Shown: piece after piece, positions 1 through 10,473 of the stretch
Position numbering within the stretch: the stretch's first letter is position 1
Layout of the letters: the number at the start of each line of letters is the position of its first letter
DNA from: an uncultured virus (IMG/VR IMGVR_UViG_3300028840_007457)
Taxonomy: Duplodnaviria; Heunggongvirae; Uroviricota; Caudoviricetes
Virus record (IMG/VR): IMGVR_UViG_3300028840_007457
Direction: 5' to 3' (one strand)
Length of the DNA stretch: 64,000 bases
Position numbers and translations under genes: made by a program
Notes under the pieces: model-generated
Databases searched by the model: none
What the model saw: the letters and a program-made list of their open reading frames with translations, nothing else
Told to the model about the DNA's origin: nothing

Positions 1-1248
1 AAGTCTCCATTCTACATAACAATCCATTCCATTGTACTGACACAATTCATAAAGAGGAGCTTCTGATAATCGCCCCAAATTACGTAGGTCTACAATGGGG
101 GCAATATCTGGATCTTCATAATGATAAAAACTTAACCATTCTTTATCAAGAGTTTTCAGAGAAAAAGGCTCTTTGCCAAGCACAGTTCTATTTTCATTAA
201 TACTATGACTTCTAAGCAGTGTACACTCAGTCGGAACATTGAGTAAACTAACTCCAAATACTTCCTTAGTAATTGCTGCCTCGAATTTCAAATTGTGAGC
301 AACCAAGGCTCCAAAACTAACCGGACCTTTGAATAATTTCTGAAGTAATTTTCTAACTTGTCTAATTTCTTTTCCGGTAAATGGCGTATCCTTGTGTTCA
401 TAAGGGATTACATAAGATTTATTGGGACTGTAAGCAAATCCAATAGTAAGAAGAGTAGGATCTATCCGTTCTAAGCCTGCAGTTTCATAGTCTAGTGCTA
501 CAATATGTTTTTTTGTCAGTTTGTGCTGAAGCTTGTGTAAAAGTTTCTTGACTTTCGGAACCGTATCTAGGATAATTGTCTCTTTACCACGCTTACTGTA
601 ATCCTTGGCTTTCGGATCTGTTCTAATAAAAGCTTTTTGAATATCTTCTTTAAATACTCCTCCTCTTTGAGGATTGCGGCTAACATTTGAAAAATGAAAA
701 GTAACTGTTGCCGGATAAGTTTTTCCGGAAGGAGTATGAACTACATAATCTAGACCACGCAATTGTGATATTGATAAATCACTCCCCACAACATCTTTAG
801 ATTCAGGTTTGCAGGCTAAAATATGAGCTGCTATAGAACCCACTAGAACTATATACTGAGGATTAATACGTTCAATATCTTTTAATAAATATTTTTTGCA
901 GCAGCGTATTTCTTCATCAATAGGCGGTCTGTCTTTAAGAAAACTTTTTCCTGTTTTTTTATTTTTTTCTCGTTTGGTAGGACGACAACGAACAATATTT
1001 GCGTAAGCAATTCCTTTTTCTGTTCCCCCATTTAATTGTTTAATTACTCGTCGTTCTATTTGACCTGTTACACCTGTTACTGGCCTACCCGTTTGGTCTT
1101 CAGTTCTACCAGGAGCTTCCGCAATTAAAAGAATGCGGGTTTTACCCCCATGTGTTTCAGTAGCAACCTGTGTGAGGTTTTTGGGTTGAAGAGGGCACCC
1201 TTTGCAGCGCTTACCGAGAGGAGTTAGTTGGTAATTTTTCTTGGTCAC
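1..1248 (-). CDS. Family A DNA polymerase with N-terminal uracil-DNA glycosylase (family 4-like) domain and 3'-5' exonuclease; runs off the left edge of the window
   Basis: Not in the ORF track; hand-translated from a GTG at 1248 after a GGAG RBS. It contains CKGCPL, LIAEAPG..ED..GRP and NIVRCRP (UDG motifs), then ALDYETAGL (ExoI), AHNLKFE (ExoII) and YNGMD (ExoIII). The polymerase domain is inferred, as it lies outside the window. Confidence 0.85.
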   Translation of the reverse strand, partial: MTKKNYQLTPLGKRCKGCPLQPKNLTQVATETHGGKTRILLIAEAPGRTEDQTGRPVTGVTGQIERRVIKQLNGGTEKGIAYANIVRCRPTKREKNKKTGKSFLKDRPPIDEEIRCCKKYLLKDIERINPQYIVLVGSIAAHILACKPESKDVVGSDLSISQLRGLDYVVHTPSGKTYPATVTFHFSNVSRNPQRGGVFKEDIQKAFIRTDPKAKDYSKRGKETIILDTVPKVKKLLHKLQHKLTKKHIVALDYETAGLERIDPTLLTIGFAYSPNKSYVIPYEHKDTPFTGKEIRQVRKLLQKLFKGPVSFGALVAHNLKFEAAITKEVFGVSLLNVPTECTLLRSHSINENRTVLGKEPFSLKTLDKEWLSFYHYEDPDIAPIVDLRNLGRLSEAPLYELCQYNGMDCYVEWRL

Positions 1249-1594
1249 GTGTAGCTCTCCTAGAGATTTGCACTAATTTATTGACGGATATTCCTGATGA
1301 CGTGTACCCATAAAACAATTCTTCTTTTTTCTGCACAGCATTTTGAATAAAAGAAATTTCTCTTTTCAACCAAGTTGCTGTAGGACCATTGCAATTTACA
1401 CTGGTCAAAAATGAAAAAAGATCCACCTGTTTGATTTGTTTTCCAACGGGTAATTTCACAGCCAAGTGTAAGCCTGAACCAGTACGTATAGGCCACACCA
1501 AAAAGGAACTTCCACTCTCTTCTAGAGCTTTACAAACTGGGGGGCCACCTGCCACACGGGAAGGTCTCCCTCGTCCACAACAACAGCGGCTCAT
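1211..1594 (-). CDS. hypothetical protein
   Basis: Fills the gap between speD and the polymerase on the same strand. Confidence 0.5.
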   Translation of the reverse strand: MSRCCCGRGRPSRVAGGPPVCKALEESGSSFLVWPIRTGSGLHLAVKLPVGKQIKQVDLFSFLTSVNCNGPTATWLKREISFIQNAVQKKEELFYGYTSSGISVNKLVQISRRATRDQEKLPTNSSR

Positions 1595-1601
1595 ACTACT
1601 T

Positions 1602-2021
1602 TTACCTTTGGCTGATTAATTTTTCTTCCATGCGAGGATCAGTTCTGAACAGAACATTTTTAGTATACTCGGTTACTCCTAAAGAGTCAATTACCAAATT
1701 TTTTGCTAACTCAACCTCGAAAGGAACACAAGAAAAAATATCCATCATAAATGCTTTTCGAAGGGGCCAAATATGGAGAGAAATGTGAGATGTAGTAATC
1801 ATGCAAAAATAGGATGTACCACCCTCATCATTTTCACTATTTAATTTGTCCCAATCAACTGGAACCTCTTTACAAAGTGGCTCAGTCAATATTTTCATTT
1901 CTAAATTATCTACTAGTCTATAAATTAAATCAAAAATAAAAGGCTGTGAAAAAACGTCTTCACAGCCAACATAACCGTCAATAATGAGGTGAACTCCTTT
2001 AATATGACGCATGATTGTCAC
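1602..2021 (-). CDS. speD: S-adenosylmethionine decarboxylase-family pyruvoyl proenzyme
   Basis: GxHLIIDGY, GG..(T)SHISLHIWP and MDIFSC motifs. Confidence 0.85.
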   Translation of the reverse strand: MTIMRHIKGVHLIIDGYVGCEDVFSQPFIFDLIYRLVDNLEMKILTEPLCKEVPVDWDKLNSENDEGGTSYFCMITTSHISLHIWPLRKAFMMDIFSCVPFEVELAKNLVIDSLGVTEYTKNVLFRTDPRMEEKLISQR

Positions 2022-2587
2022 GGTTCTCCAAAATCAATATTTTCTTCCTCGTCTACGTCTTCAATATCTAAAATTGGCTCATCTTTTTTAGCAACAATAG
2101 GAAGGTAAGGTTCATCAAAAACTACTACCATGCTATTAATATTATACTTGGTAGAATCAGCTTCTCTTTCTTTATGCAGGCTTGCGAGGTGAGTTTTAGT
2201 GCTTACATCTAAAATCCAGTGTGGTCCAGTTAATTCTTTATTTAAAACTTGTCTAGGATAGACATAAATAGTATTTCCTCTCCGTTCAGTATCATATGTT
2301 CCAGGAATTAATCTTACAATATCTGGCACTTTTCGTCCAAACCTGTCAACAGTAGAGACACGTTTAATAGGACGAAGAATAAAACAGCCTGTAGCTAGCC
2401 CTTTTCCAACTTCATCTAAAATTTCTACATACCAAAATTCATCATTCTTGGGTTTTTCTTCCATAGCATGATAAATAGTACTATGGATTACTCCCACTTT
2501 TCCCAAAGTGCGAGTAACAAATTTATTTTTGTCTTCTTTTTGCTTGTTGCGAATAAATTTAACGAGAGTGATCATGAGGAACAACAA
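2018..2587 (-). CDS. hypothetical protein with acidic C-terminus
   Basis: 189-aa ORF overlapping the speD start. Confidence 0.7.
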   Translation of the reverse strand: MLFLMITLVKFIRNKQKEDKNKFVTRTLGKVGVIHSTIYHAMEEKPKNDEFWYVEILDEVGKGLATGCFILRPIKRVSTVDRFGRKVPDIVRLIPGTYDTERRGNTIYVYPRQVLNKELTGPHWILDVSTKTHLASLHKEREADSTKYNINSMVVVFDEPYLPIVAKKDEPILDIEDVDEEENIDFGEP

Positions 2588-2601
2588 ACCTTTCTAATTA
2601 G

Positions 2602-3525
2602 CTACAAAATTGGATAAGGCCAGAAATTTGCTTTGATCCTACCCAATTTTATTTCCTGTCCAATGCCGAGATTAAAGATAAGGCGCATAGTATAGGGTTC
2701 ATCTTGATCAAAAACACCATTGTAACGATGCACCACCACTGTTTTCTTTTCCCAGCTTCCAGTACCAGTAATAGGACTACCACTAATAATGGGCACAAGT
2801 ACTTGATCAGATCCATAAATCTGAACTGTCAGATTTGTCAAAGGAGCAGCTGGAATATTAACCCAAAAATCAAAACTGATCGGACGCGGAGCAGTGTCTC
2901 TATAAAACTGGAAATGTTGAACAATTTGTTGTGCGCCTGGAGCTGCTGCACTGTTAGCGCATTTTTGATACATAAGGAAAGTACCAACAGTTGTCCACTC
3001 TAATGGAGTAAACGTAGTATTAACACCACTAGCACCAATATCATAGTAACTACGAGGAAATTCAGGAATGAGAACAATGGGTGCTAAATCTTGTTTTTCG
3101 ATAATTCTTTCATTTGGAAGAGCTTTAGGAGCCTTAAGAATATAATCTATGGTTACAGGAACACCACCTCCAGGATAGTAAACCCAACCAAGAATAACTG
3201 CATCGTTGTAAGTCGTAAAAATGCCTGCTAAGGCTTCATACGTAACAGGAGCCCCTCCAGGTCTTTCTTCATTTTCATGAATAGCGACAATAGTATAATC
3301 TTGAGCGACAGTAGGAGAAAAATCAATCTCTACATCAGTGGTTTCTTCCCAAATTACACCATCAGGTTGGAGACCAAAACCCACGGTAGCAATCAACTGA
3401 TTCGAGCTGTTGACGTCTAAATCTAAACCTTCATACACACCTGCATTATTAAGTACACGATTGACAATATTGTCCCATGCAGAAGGGACAGGAGATAAAT
3501 AATCCCAATAACGAATTTGTGGCAT
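2602..3525 (-). CDS. putative virion structural protein (C-terminal beta-sandwich/CBM-like)
   Basis: Composition and position in the structural block. Confidence 0.55.
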   Translation of the reverse strand: MPQIRYWDYLSPVPSAWDNIVNRVLNNAGVYEGLDLDVNSSNQLIATVGFGLQPDGVIWEETTDVEIDFSPTVAQDYTIVAIHENEERPGGAPVTYEALAGIFTTYNDAVILGWVYYPGGGVPVTIDYILKAPKALPNERIIEKQDLAPIVLIPEFPRSYYDIGASGVNTTFTPLEWTTVGTFLMYQKCANSAAAPGAQQIVQHFQFYRDTAPRPISFDFWVNIPAAPLTNLTVQIYGSDQVLVPIISGSPITGTGSWEKKTVVVHRYNGVFDQDEPYTMRLIFNLGIGQEIKLGRIKANFWPYPIL

Positions 3526-3542
3526 CTTAAAAGTTTCTCCGT

Positions 3543-5813
3543 TTATCCAAATACAACCATGGCGACATAAGGAAAAGGATTTAATTCTAGTTGAATTTCC
3601 ACAGGTATTACAGGAGATCCACTCTCAATTGTTTCCCAACTAAAAGTATTTGGTATGCCAGCTACAGGATTCATATAGTGCCATGTACTTCCCCACGTAC
3701 CATTGGCTAACCTGTATCGGAAACGAGGAGGAGTGGCAGCAAAAGGATTTGTACCTGTTGTTTTCTGCTGAGGTAAAAATGAAGCTGTCCAAATTGAAGA
3801 TGACCCATCAAAAACAGGTAAAGCTCTAGTTCTATATATTCCTTCTAAATGTACCTGCAATTTGTTGAAATTATTATAAGGCATATATTTATTTTTGTTT
3901 ACATTAAATCCTGATGTTAAATACTCTTTAGTCTGTTGCAAACAGTGATAAAGTGGGCGTTTGAAATCCTCTACGTAAAGAGTAGTTTTATTTCCTGCTA
4001 GAAGATTGATCCAATAGTAAAAACCGTCTTTTCCAATATCGCCACTTTGAAAATCTCGAACTGTTGTCTCAATTATTCTTTTGTCATAAACGGTTGCCAT
4101 TCTCAAACCGTCCCACATGACGTCAGAAATTAAACAACCATCACTAACTTTATCATAAGAATCATAGGGAGTATTAATTACCCACAGCATAATAGCTGCG
4201 TTTGGACCCTCATCAGTAGCTTCATCAACTACAATATTCGTTACAGAAGCAAAAATAGCATCAGTTACTTGAACCGAGCTGAGAGGAACGGTTGTTGAGG
4301 GAATAGTAAAATCAGACCAATTTGTACCAATGAATTCTACTACCTCATCAATAGAAGCTCCGTTTTCATCAGTACCATAAATATGAATTTTAATTACCAT
4401 CGTAGCAACGGTAGCTGCTTTTGTAAGCCCTACCATAATATGACCAGGAGCATACTGGTCAATAGTAGGAGCATCTTGTGTACCGATAGAAGCCAAAGTT
4501 TTGTAGCAATAAATTACTTGAGGTGTTCTACGAATAGCCGCTTCCCCGTCTACATAAAGAAGATACCTCATAGGGAACTTTTGAGAGTCTGAAAAACTTT
4601 CTTGTGTATTTGCTAACTGATTTTTACCTTGACCCCCAGCAATAATCATTTCACCATCAGTTGGATTAGAAGTAGAGAAAACAATTTCGTCAGAACCAGA
4701 GGGAGGTTCACAGGCTTCTACCCGAGTAAAATATATGTTTAGTGTCTCTCCACTAGGAGGATCTTCTCCTACAAAAACAATTTTGTTTGTTCCTGTTACA
4801 ATAAGTGCAGCTCGTTCTTCACCCGAACTTTGTATCCAACATTTTCCAAGTCTAACAGGAAAATAAGGAAGTTCTGCATATTTTTTAGAGGGAAATCCTG
4901 TAACCGTTCCTTGTGTATCATCAGTTAAAAGTTGATCAGTTAAAACAGCAGCTTCACAACGATATCCGGGAACTTTTGCAACGCTTTTGTCATCAGCTTT
5001 AATCATGCCATGATTAAGTAAAAGTTTGTAGAGAGTATAACCGTTGTCATCAATATCTCCAATTCCAAGTGCGTGTGTATTATTATCTGTTTGTGTTCCA
5101 GAACCTAGTTTACTTCTATGCTCAACATCTTGTGCTGAAAACCACGGTCTATTCCAAGTATAATTGTCTCTAGTGTGATCGATTACTAAAGATGTAACAG
5201 TTAAGCCGGTTGTCTGGTCCACAGTTTCTTGTACAGTAACAATAGCAAGTGGAACATACTCTACGCTTGCTTCTTCAGCATAGCCTAAATAAGTATCTAC
5301 ATCGTCTACATAAATCTGAGATTCTTCTAAACCCCCCAGTACAACATTGTCTAATTCTGAAGCTGCTAAATCCCCTAAACGAGCATAAAGAGGGGTTATT
5401 TGTTTTTCGTAGTCATTTCTTGTTACATCTGCCGGTTGCAGTGTATAGACCATATAAACGACATTTGGAATTCCAGGACTTGTATTGGCTAGACTTATTT
5501 GCCGAGCATGCACAGAAAGAACAGCCCAATTTCCACTTTTAGTAATAATGGCCCCAGGATTTACATCAATAGTAGTAGTGTCTTGATTACTAGCGTTGGT
5601 GGAAACTACTAAAGGCTCAGGTCCCCCAGATATATTGCTAGCTGGATCTTCTTGGGCTACAATTCCATAATAAGAGTTAGTAAAATAAGAAGGATGCCCA
5701 AAACAGAATTTCATCCTTTCAAGAAATTCTTGATCATAAATACCATGCTGCCATGCCAATCTATCTAAAGCTTGGCGAATAGCAAAAGTGAGATGAGGAA
5801 TTCCAGTTGCCAT
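3543..5813 (-). CDS. putative baseplate/tail structural protein
   Basis: 756 aa, T/S/D-rich, with an IDVNPGAIIT..G motif typical of tail-fibre/baseplate N-termini. Confidence 0.55.
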   Translation of the reverse strand: MATGIPHLTFAIRQALDRLAWQHGIYDQEFLERMKFCFGHPSYFTNSYYGIVAQEDPASNISGGPEPLVVSTNASNQDTTTIDVNPGAIITKSGNWAVLSVHARQISLANTSPGIPNVVYMVYTLQPADVTRNDYEKQITPLYARLGDLAASELDNVVLGGLEESQIYVDDVDTYLGYAEEASVEYVPLAIVTVQETVDQTTGLTVTSLVIDHTRDNYTWNRPWFSAQDVEHRSKLGSGTQTDNNTHALGIGDIDDNGYTLYKLLLNHGMIKADDKSVAKVPGYRCEAAVLTDQLLTDDTQGTVTGFPSKKYAELPYFPVRLGKCWIQSSGEERAALIVTGTNKIVFVGEDPPSGETLNIYFTRVEACEPPSGSDEIVFSTSNPTDGEMIIAGGQGKNQLANTQESFSDSQKFPMRYLLYVDGEAAIRRTPQVIYCYKTLASIGTQDAPTIDQYAPGHIMVGLTKAATVATMVIKIHIYGTDENGASIDEVVEFIGTNWSDFTIPSTTVPLSSVQVTDAIFASVTNIVVDEATDEGPNAAIMLWVINTPYDSYDKVSDGCLISDVMWDGLRMATVYDKRIIETTVRDFQSGDIGKDGFYYWINLLAGNKTTLYVEDFKRPLYHCLQQTKEYLTSGFNVNKNKYMPYNNFNKLQVHLEGIYRTRALPVFDGSSSIWTASFLPQQKTTGTNPFAATPPRFRYRLANGTWGSTWHYMNPVAGIPNTFSWETIESGSPVIPVEIQLELNPFPYVAMVVFG

Positions 5814-5823
5814 CTAAATCACC

Positions 5824-7938
5824 TTAAGGATTACCTGCTTTAACGAAACCGCTATCAAGAGCAAATCCTGCATCATGTATAGAGGCAACGTCATCAATGC
5901 TTTGAAACATTTGTTTCAATAAAAGAGTTGTACTAACAAAATCGTAGGCACCAAAATGACGAGCTACATACTCATATTTAAGTGCGCCTACTCTAGGCCC
6001 AGTTAAAGCCCATTCTTTCATTAGAACTTCACTGTGTGGATCTGTAGAAATTAACATATCAATCATTTCAACAGGGTCATCATTCGCATCAATAAATACA
6101 GAAATATTATTATCAACTCCACCTGTTAGATTATAACTTGTCCAATCGTTCGGATAAAACCGGATTCTGAAAAGGGCATCTGTAATAGGCTTAATAGAGA
6201 CATTCCATTGCATTCCACCATAACCACCACTCATTCCTGACACAGAAAAACCAGGTGCAGCTACATTTTTAACAATAGGTTTATTTGCAGCTATACCTTC
6301 AATAGACGTTGTTAGAAGCATACTAGGAACTAACACAGGCCAATCTGCTTTAATATACATTTGTTGAGAATTAATTGCTGCACTAGTAAGTTGAGCAACT
6401 TCCATATCTGTAGTAGCAGCTGTTATGTCTATTGTTTTAACATCATCTGTACCACCACTCATTCCGGTAGCAAGCCAACCAACTAAAGTCCCGTCAAGAA
6501 CAACAAGTTTATTTCCTCGTGTACTTACATGTTCATGATTTAAATTAATAAGAATTCCAGCCGCTATAGCTGTTATCTGAAAACCACTCAAATTGTTAAT
6601 AAATTCTTGAATTAAAATTGCTACATCTGTAGGCACAACAGCACTAGAAACGTCAAGCGTATAAAATCCTATAGTATGAGAAAAAGATGAGTTGACTTTA
6701 AACTCAAATTGCAGTATGGTCCCAAATCCATCGTCCAATTGTATCCATTGATTATTTGTAGGCATACCTCCAACACTAATAGAACCAGAAGCCGCTGAAC
6801 TAGGTGTAGGAACATATGCACCATTTACTTCATATTCAAAAATAACTGTATCTTCGCTATCATCTAAAATAAAACCTTCATTGTTATTTAACAATCCTGG
6901 ATCTACTGTTGCAATAACACCAGTAGCAGTTTTTGAAGGAGGATCTAACAATGGTACACACTTATGTTTAATTCTCCATTCACCATTTTTATTTGGTAAC
7001 ATAACAAATCTTTTTAGACCATTATCATAGTTAATCCCTCCATCAACTTTATCCCAAAAAAGAAATTGATCTGCTCTAATAGGTTCTCTCAAAATAACGC
7101 TATTTTTTTCAACAACGCGAGGATCTTCAAGCTGAGATCTTGCAGTAGTGTAAAGATAAAGTGTTTGAGTCTCGTCCAGCTCTAATTTATTACGAAGAGG
7201 AGCACTAACCCAATCTACAACAAAAGGACCACTAACTCTTCGTTGAAAGCCGCTTGTAGAAGGAACATTCAGTATTTTAGATTGGTATGCTAAATTGGCT
7301 TTTAATTGCACAATTGTTTCATCAGCTAAAGCATGTACCAATCTTCTGTCTAAAGTTAATTGGTATTGATAAATTCCGTTAACTACACTTACCCCTAAAA
7401 GATCAATTACTTTATAATCAACAAAGGTGGTAATTGTAACGTCCACTCCTACAGTAGCTTTAGGAATGGAAATAACATCACCTCTGACCATAAAATAAGA
7501 ACTATCTACAACAATAACATCTTGACCAACATCATAGCTTCCCTCTATTTTAATTGGATTGCTATAATGATAAACTCTCTGTCCTGTAACATGATCTGCC
7601 AGTAATTTTCCTTCAATATAGATTGTGTCGTCTACAACGTCATCAACTTTGTGTAATTCCCTTTCTGCTACGTAAACATAACCCCCAACATCTATCCACA
7701 TAGGATTACGTTCCACTACTAAACTATCAGTCAAATAAATTGCATCTTCTACTAGTTCATAACTGTTGTCTGGTGTTAAAAGTGGGAGTAAATTTCCCAC
7801 TTTTTTACCAAATCTAACTTTTCCTAAACCCCCAATATCAAGTGGATACACAAGTCCACGAGGCACAATGTGCATTTGCGCACCAGTGTACATCTGGCGC
7901 GTTATGACATCTTCAACTGTACGGAGAAAACTAGGCAA
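5824..7938 (-). CDS. putative virion structural protein with internal repeat (LDD..FEF/Y .. GMSGG)
   Basis: 704 aa; duplicated FILDD..IFEYE / IQLDD..QFEFK and GMSGG segments. Confidence 0.55.
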   Translation of the reverse strand: MPSFLRTVEDVITRQMYTGAQMHIVPRGLVYPLDIGGLGKVRFGKKVGNLLPLLTPDNSYELVEDAIYLTDSLVVERNPMWIDVGGYVYVAERELHKVDDVVDDTIYIEGKLLADHVTGQRVYHYSNPIKIEGSYDVGQDVIVVDSSYFMVRGDVISIPKATVGVDVTITTFVDYKVIDLLGVSVVNGIYQYQLTLDRRLVHALADETIVQLKANLAYQSKILNVPSTSGFQRRVSGPFVVDWVSAPLRNKLELDETQTLYLYTTARSQLEDPRVVEKNSVILREPIRADQFLFWDKVDGGINYDNGLKRFVMLPNKNGEWRIKHKCVPLLDPPSKTATGVIATVDPGLLNNNEGFILDDSEDTVIFEYEVNGAYVPTPSSAASGSISVGGMPTNNQWIQLDDGFGTILQFEFKVNSSFSHTIGFYTLDVSSAVVPTDVAILIQEFINNLSGFQITAIAAGILINLNHEHVSTRGNKLVVLDGTLVGWLATGMSGGTDDVKTIDITAATTDMEVAQLTSAAINSQQMYIKADWPVLVPSMLLTTSIEGIAANKPIVKNVAAPGFSVSGMSGGYGGMQWNVSIKPITDALFRIRFYPNDWTSYNLTGGVDNNISVFIDANDDPVEMIDMLISTDPHSEVLMKEWALTGPRVGALKYEYVARHFGAYDFVSTTLLLKQMFQSIDDVASIHDAGFALDSGFVKAGNP

Positions 7939-7941
7939 TTT

Positions 7942-8397
7942 TTAATCTTCCAAACTGGTACTGTAACGTTCTAAACATTTAAAAATGAGGTCTATTCCAT
8001 AACAAATAAAAGCCCCACTAATTGCGGCAATTAAAATACCTTCAAACCATTTTAATGGAGTGGATTCGTGCCAGAGCCAATACACTTCCCCATAAAAATC
8101 ACGAAATAGTACATGAGTTAAAACTCCACACCAAACTCCAGTACAAAAATAACAACGAAAAAGCTCTCTAAAAAACTTAAAGTGAAATAAGTAACATCTT
8201 ACCGGAATAATTCCAATATGTCGTGCTATACGAGAGCCTTTTTCTTCATAGTCGTAAACATTACAACCGAGAATATGGGCATCAGCCAATAAAACTGCAA
8301 AACCGAAGCAGAAAAAAGAAAACCAAAGAAAGGTTAGCAATTGGGTTAACGGATTAATCATCTTATTTAGAGAAATAGTGAGGAATGATAGATGCAA
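7942..8397 (-). CDS. integral membrane protein (DUF1360-like, CxxCxGxW); true start probably near 8361
   Basis: Three hydrophobic segments and the CYFCTGVW motif. Confidence 0.55.
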   Translation of the reverse strand: MHLSFLTISLNKMINPLTQLLTFLWFSFFCFGFAVLLADAHILGCNVYDYEEKGSRIARHIGIIPVRCYLFHFKFFRELFRCYFCTGVWCGVLTHVLFRDFYGEVYWLWHESTPLKWFEGILIAAISGAFICYGIDLIFKCLERYSTSLED

Positions 8398-8563
8398 CTT
8401 GGATATTTATTGAGTCTAATTGGTCTAAAGTTAGTCTTACAGAGTCCCCAGCATCGTCTTTAATAAAAACAGTAATAATTTCTTTAATACTGGTCACACT
8501 TACTTCGGGACAATTACCGCTACCCCTACAACACATTTTCCAATTAAGATCTACAGAGTCCAT
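8363..8563 (-). CDS. hypothetical protein (CC..CPEV..IKDD motif, DUF397-like)
   Basis: GGAG RBS and the short motif. Confidence 0.5.
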   Translation of the reverse strand: MDSVDLNWKMCCRGSGNCPEVSVTSIKEIITVFIKDDAGDSVRLTLDQLDSINIQVASIIPHYFSK

Positions 8564-8646
8564 TTTACCGCTCCAAAAAGTAAACAGCTATCCCTAAAAG
8601 TATAGTTGCTATAAACCACACACAAAGTTCTATAATTAAACTCTTT

Positions 8647-9246
8647 CTACTTGATAGATTGTAGAACCATTGTGTTGGTAGATGCATTCACTCCCTTACC
8701 ATTTGTTAAAGCATAAACTATACCTACCACGAGTCCACCAATTAAAGTTCCTCCTAAAACGAAACCAATCCAACCTTTGTTATCGTGCCACCATTTCATA
8801 TAATTCGCACGTGCTTTAATGTTTTCGAGGGTGCTATCGTAAATTAATTTGTCAATAGCAGCTTTTTTCAAAGTTGTTTCCAACTCAGATCTACGCCGAT
8901 CTCTTTCTGCTTTAATAGCAGCCAAATAAGTAGCTCTATCTTTATCAATCAAAATACCATTATAAGGGGCTGTAGAATCTTTAGGGATTACTTTAGACTG
9001 CCCTGGTTTATAACTTTCTCTGATTTCAATGGGGGGTGTAACTTGGGAACCTTTAGCTTCTACTTCTTTTTTAGCTTGTTCATATGTTTTAATCGACGGA
9101 ATTTTAAGGCACCCACTAAAAAGTAAACTTATCCCTGTTATAAACAGCCCAATTATAATTAAAACAAACGGAGTTAGATTAGTATTGAGCTTTTTTAACT
9201 CACGGCCCCAACAACTTGTTGAGTTCTTCAAGAGCTTTGACTTCAT
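8647..9246 (-). CDS. lipoprotein with C-terminal transmembrane helix, spanin-like
   Basis: Hydrophobic signal ending in the LFSG-C lipobox, coiled coil, C-terminal TM segment GWIGFVLGGTLIGGLVVGIVYAL. Confidence 0.6.
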   Translation of the reverse strand: MKSKLLKNSTSCWGRELKKLNTNLTPFVLIIIGLFITGISLLFSGCLKIPSIKTYEQAKKEVEAKGSQVTPPIEIRESYKPGQSKVIPKDSTAPYNGILIDKDRATYLAAIKAERDRRRSELETTLKKAAIDKLIYDSTLENIKARANYMKWWHDNKGWIGFVLGGTLIGGLVVGIVYALTNGKGVNASTNTMVLQSIK

Positions 9247-9613
9247 CTTTTTCTTCCTTGATTTTTTTAAGCTTCACTATGACTTCTGTCTCAGCTTTTT
9301 TTGCTTCTGCTAATTTTATTTTAGCTTCAATATCACTTTTTGCAATTTCTCTTTTACTAATTTTAATTACATCTTCAGCAGCACTAAGTGGTCCTTTTTC
9401 CTTAAGCAAACAAACAATACCAATAATAGAACCAACTACTCCTAAAATACCTAAGACCCACCACAGTGCTTTTTTCCAAAGAGATCCTGTTTCTTTCTTC
9501 AGATCCTCTTTTAACTCTTTAGGTATTTCTACCGTCTTTTTATCTTCCCCAGAAGATACGGTATTTTTTACTTCTTTTTGTTTTTCAGGAAGAGGTGGGA
9601 TTACATCTGGCAT
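9200..9613 (-). CDS. single-TM coiled-coil protein (inner-spanin-like)
   Basis: One TM followed by a helical K/E-rich tail; overlaps the lipoprotein gene. Confidence 0.5.
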   Translation of the reverse strand: MPDVIPPLPEKQKEVKNTVSSGEDKKTVEIPKELKEDLKKETGSLWKKALWWVLGILGVVGSIIGIVCLLKEKGPLSAAEDVIKISKREIAKSDIEAKIKLAEAKKAETEVIVKLKKIKEEKDEVKALEELNKLLGP

Positions 9614-9646
9614 GACTGACTCCTAATTAATAATTAGCAAAAATGT

Positions 9647-10426
9647 TTAGCTGTTGTCGTTATCTTTTGCTTTTTCTTCAGACTTTTCTTTTGCGGGTTT
9701 TTCAGCATCTTCAGATTCTACAGTTTTTGTACCATTTTTTTCTCCAAGCTTGGCTTCAATAGCATCTTCTATCCAACCAGCTGTTTTTTCTGGAAGGTTA
9801 AAGGCTTTAATCATTTCCGTAGCTTTATCTGTAGCCCATTTAATACGCTGGCTTTTTGCATCAGGATTATTATTTAGTTGATTAGCTTTTTGGGTAGCAA
9901 AATTAACCCCCATTTCAATTGCTGAAGTATAAAGCCCTTGCATAGCAGCAACTTTTTCATGATCTGATATTTTAACTTTAGTAGCTAACCATTGAATAAA
10001 GAATTTACCTAGTACTGTCAAAATACCAAGAACAAAAAGAAGTGCAATATTAATCAATCCACCAAGTAAAGTTTGCCACCAGTTGTCTTGTTTTTCAACA
10101 GGCGCAGCTTTTACGGTAGGCTTGGCATCGGGTTTTGTATCCGATAGCCTGGCTGCTGGTTGAGTGGCCGGAACAGCAACCATTGACGGGACTGGCATCG
10201 CAGCGACAGCCACCGGAGCAACCGGTTTTGGAACAGGCTTCATAACCTTCGGCTTTGGTTTTGAAATTGCTCTCATCACAACAGGACGAGGAGCTGATTT
10301 CATTACTGGAACCGCTTTCATACCCGTAGTTTTAGGTGGTGTCATAACTGATTGAGCATTAACTGCAACGACACCAAACATTAAAATAAAGATGGATACT
10401 AGAAGACATATACTAAGTTTTTTCAT
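9647..10426 (-). CDS. membrane protein with signal peptide, Pro/Lys linker and LL-H-like holin domain
   Basis: TM followed by AIEMGVNFATQ..K..WA..IEDAIEA, resembling LL-H holins. Confidence 0.5.
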   Translation of the reverse strand: MKKLSICLLVSIFILMFGVVAVNAQSVMTPPKTTGMKAVPVMKSAPRPVVMRAISKPKPKVMKPVPKPVAPVAVAAMPVPSMVAVPATQPAARLSDTKPDAKPTVKAAPVEKQDNWWQTLLGGLINIALLFVLGILTVLGKFFIQWLATKVKISDHEKVAAMQGLYTSAIEMGVNFATQKANQLNNNPDAKSQRIKWATDKATEMIKAFNLPEKTAGWIEDAIEAKLGEKNGTKTVESEDAEKPAKEKSEEKAKDNDNS

Positions 10427-10473
10427 GGTTTTTCTCCTGTTTTGTTTGTCTTCAACTATAAGGTATTTACAAA

